51,253 nucleotides of DNA from Candidatus Bathyarchaeota archaeon (GTDB lineage Archaea; Thermoproteota; Bathyarchaeia; Bathyarchaeales; Bathycorpusculaceae). The DNA lies in assembly GCA_963720565.1 (NCBI GenBank), contig CAVRFW010000011.1, positions 1 through 51,253 of the forward strand, in the 5' to 3' direction. The notes beneath the pieces were generated by a model. The model made no database searches and was not told where the DNA came from. It worked only from the letters and a program-made list of their open reading frames with translations. The stretch's first letter is position 1; each line of letters opens with the position of its first letter. Below are positions 49,797 through 51,253 of the stretch, one piece after another. The position numbers and the translations under genes were made by a program.

Positions 49797-50341
49797 TTGA
49801 TGAAAATGAGAGCCTATATGGCTTTATCGTGCAAAGTTGGTGCCTTCGATAGAGTTTTGGATGAACTTATGAAGCTCAGACATCTGCGCACGCACGCTCA
49901 AAGAGAGTGTGCCAGATACTTCCTGCTATTTGGTCCCGTTGATATCCTGGTTCAGTTCACTGGATTGAAGGATATGGACGAATTTGTCCGCAATTGGTTT
50001 ACTCCTATTAGAATGATAACCGCTGATGAGCCGTTGATCGAGAAGATCCAACTTGGCTAGTGATTTCAGAAGGCAAAACATTTACTGAAGAACCGTTTGC
50101 TTTCTTATTCTTGAACACGCAGCCAAGGGACCTCGAAAAAGTGCAGGAGACTCTCCTGACCATTCCAGCAGGTTCTGTCGGCAGACTCGGTCTTTCGGCC
50201 TTACGACGTAATATGTTCAGTCCGAGCCACTGACAAGGGAGATCTTCAACGAGTCGTTTTCTCAAATACAGAAGGCAATCCCGAGTATCCACGGGACAAT
50301 GAGCTGCAATCGTAGCCTCTTCAGTGAAAAGCCATAGATAG
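49797..50341 (+). CDS. Tandem Lrp/AsnC ligand-binding domain protein (frameshifted)
   Basis: First unit AYMAL...LLFGPVDILV; second unit AFLFLNTQP...ADSVFG.YDVICSV read across frames. Confidence 0.7.
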
Positions 50342-50392
50342 GAAGGCAGGCACACGCGCTAATATTGTAGGCAGAAAAAACCATCCGCGTTT

Positions 50393-51253
50393 TCAAGCCT
50401 GAGCACGTGCTATGAGTTGTTTGATGCTTGATACTGGAGGGCTGGCAGATACATTTGCCGGGTGTACTCCCTCATCATTCGGGACGCGTTGAAGGCGGGA
50501 CTTATTGACTTTATCGCTTCTTTGACCATTCTTACCAAAGGCGTGGCACGCCCAAGCGGTCTCGATCATAGTATAGAGGAACAACTTCGTTTTCCAGCAA
50601 ATCGTACAGTGACCTGGCGTCGCTTTCATCTTCTTCCTGATGGCTCCCGCCCTTGAAATCGTCGATTGCCCAGCCGTTTCTGCCGTTGTATCCTTCGTTC
50701 CACCATTAGTCACGAACACTGAGGTTGATTACTCCCGTTCATTGAAGCCTTCATTCCGCTGGTTCCGGCAAGCTTCCTGCATTCTTCTGGGATTATTCAG
50801 CCAGACGTCAACTCCGTGGACCAGAGCACGAGCAACGTTTAGGTCGTAGATCTTCAGACGAAAGCGATACGTCCTTGAAAACGAAGATCCATGGCTGCTT
50901 GGAACTCTCTCTTGAGAAGCTGTTTCGATTCGTAGTGGGCGGGATCAGTTGCCAGCGGAACTCTTATCTGCACCGGGCCTAGCGGATCCGTGACTATTCG
51001 TCTAGTCTCTCGAAGTCTGATAGGTACGATAAGGTCGTTTGTATTCCGTAATCTTCGGTGAAAGCGATGGTCAAGGCATAGCGGTCGAGCGAGAGAACCC
51101 ATCGCAATCGAGCTTGCTGCGCGACTTACTGCGTTTTCAGCCACCGCTGTGTACGCCCTGTTCGTTATCGTGCTTATTATCTGAGTTTTCGCCACAGATG
51201 GTGAACCTACCAGAGCGCTTCGTCAGGCACTTCAACTATGTGGCTCCAGTACG
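50393..51253 (-). CDS. glgP: Alpha-glucan phosphorylase, C-terminal part (frameshifted; runs off the window edge)
   Basis: Minus-strand GVDVWLNNPRRMQEACGTSGMKASMNG PLP-binding signature near 50730-50815; preceding L.GRIAFV. Confidence 0.85.

Overview
Archaeal genomic window, most consistent with Bathyarchaeia/TACK. This is inferred from gatD/gatE, rpl14e, rps30e, cbf5, elp3, an Sm protein, an Mch homologue and KaiC-like ATPases. It has three zones. (1) 1-7.5 kb is an accessory mosaic: the 3' end of a tyrosine integrase, low-GC cargo, a PLD/Zn-finger gene and a truncated rolling-circle Rep remnant. It is punctuated by three copies of a tandem-GA hairpin repeat and by intergenic GCGCGCG palindromes. 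(2) 7.6-36.1 kb is a clean housekeeping block (proBA, rps30e, elp3, gatDE, pyrI, Sm, htpX, apgM, RNase HI, ABC transporter, cysS, lipoate ligase, rpl14e, cbf5). It contains a small insertion hotspot marked by three copies of a 25-bp motif just upstream of rps30e. (3) 36.9-51.3 kb is heavily frameshifted, probably by sequencing error. It holds a KaiC/Lrp/TPR/MinD regulatory cluster, a divergent Mch, and the best candidate for a new system: MFS transporter + 76-aa peptide ending in Trp + polyprenyl-synthase homologue with a degenerate second Asp-rich motif + S8 protease, reminiscent of ComQ/ComX prenylated-peptide signalling. No rRNA, intact tRNA or CRISPR array was found. All calls come from reading motifs by eye; no database searches were run.
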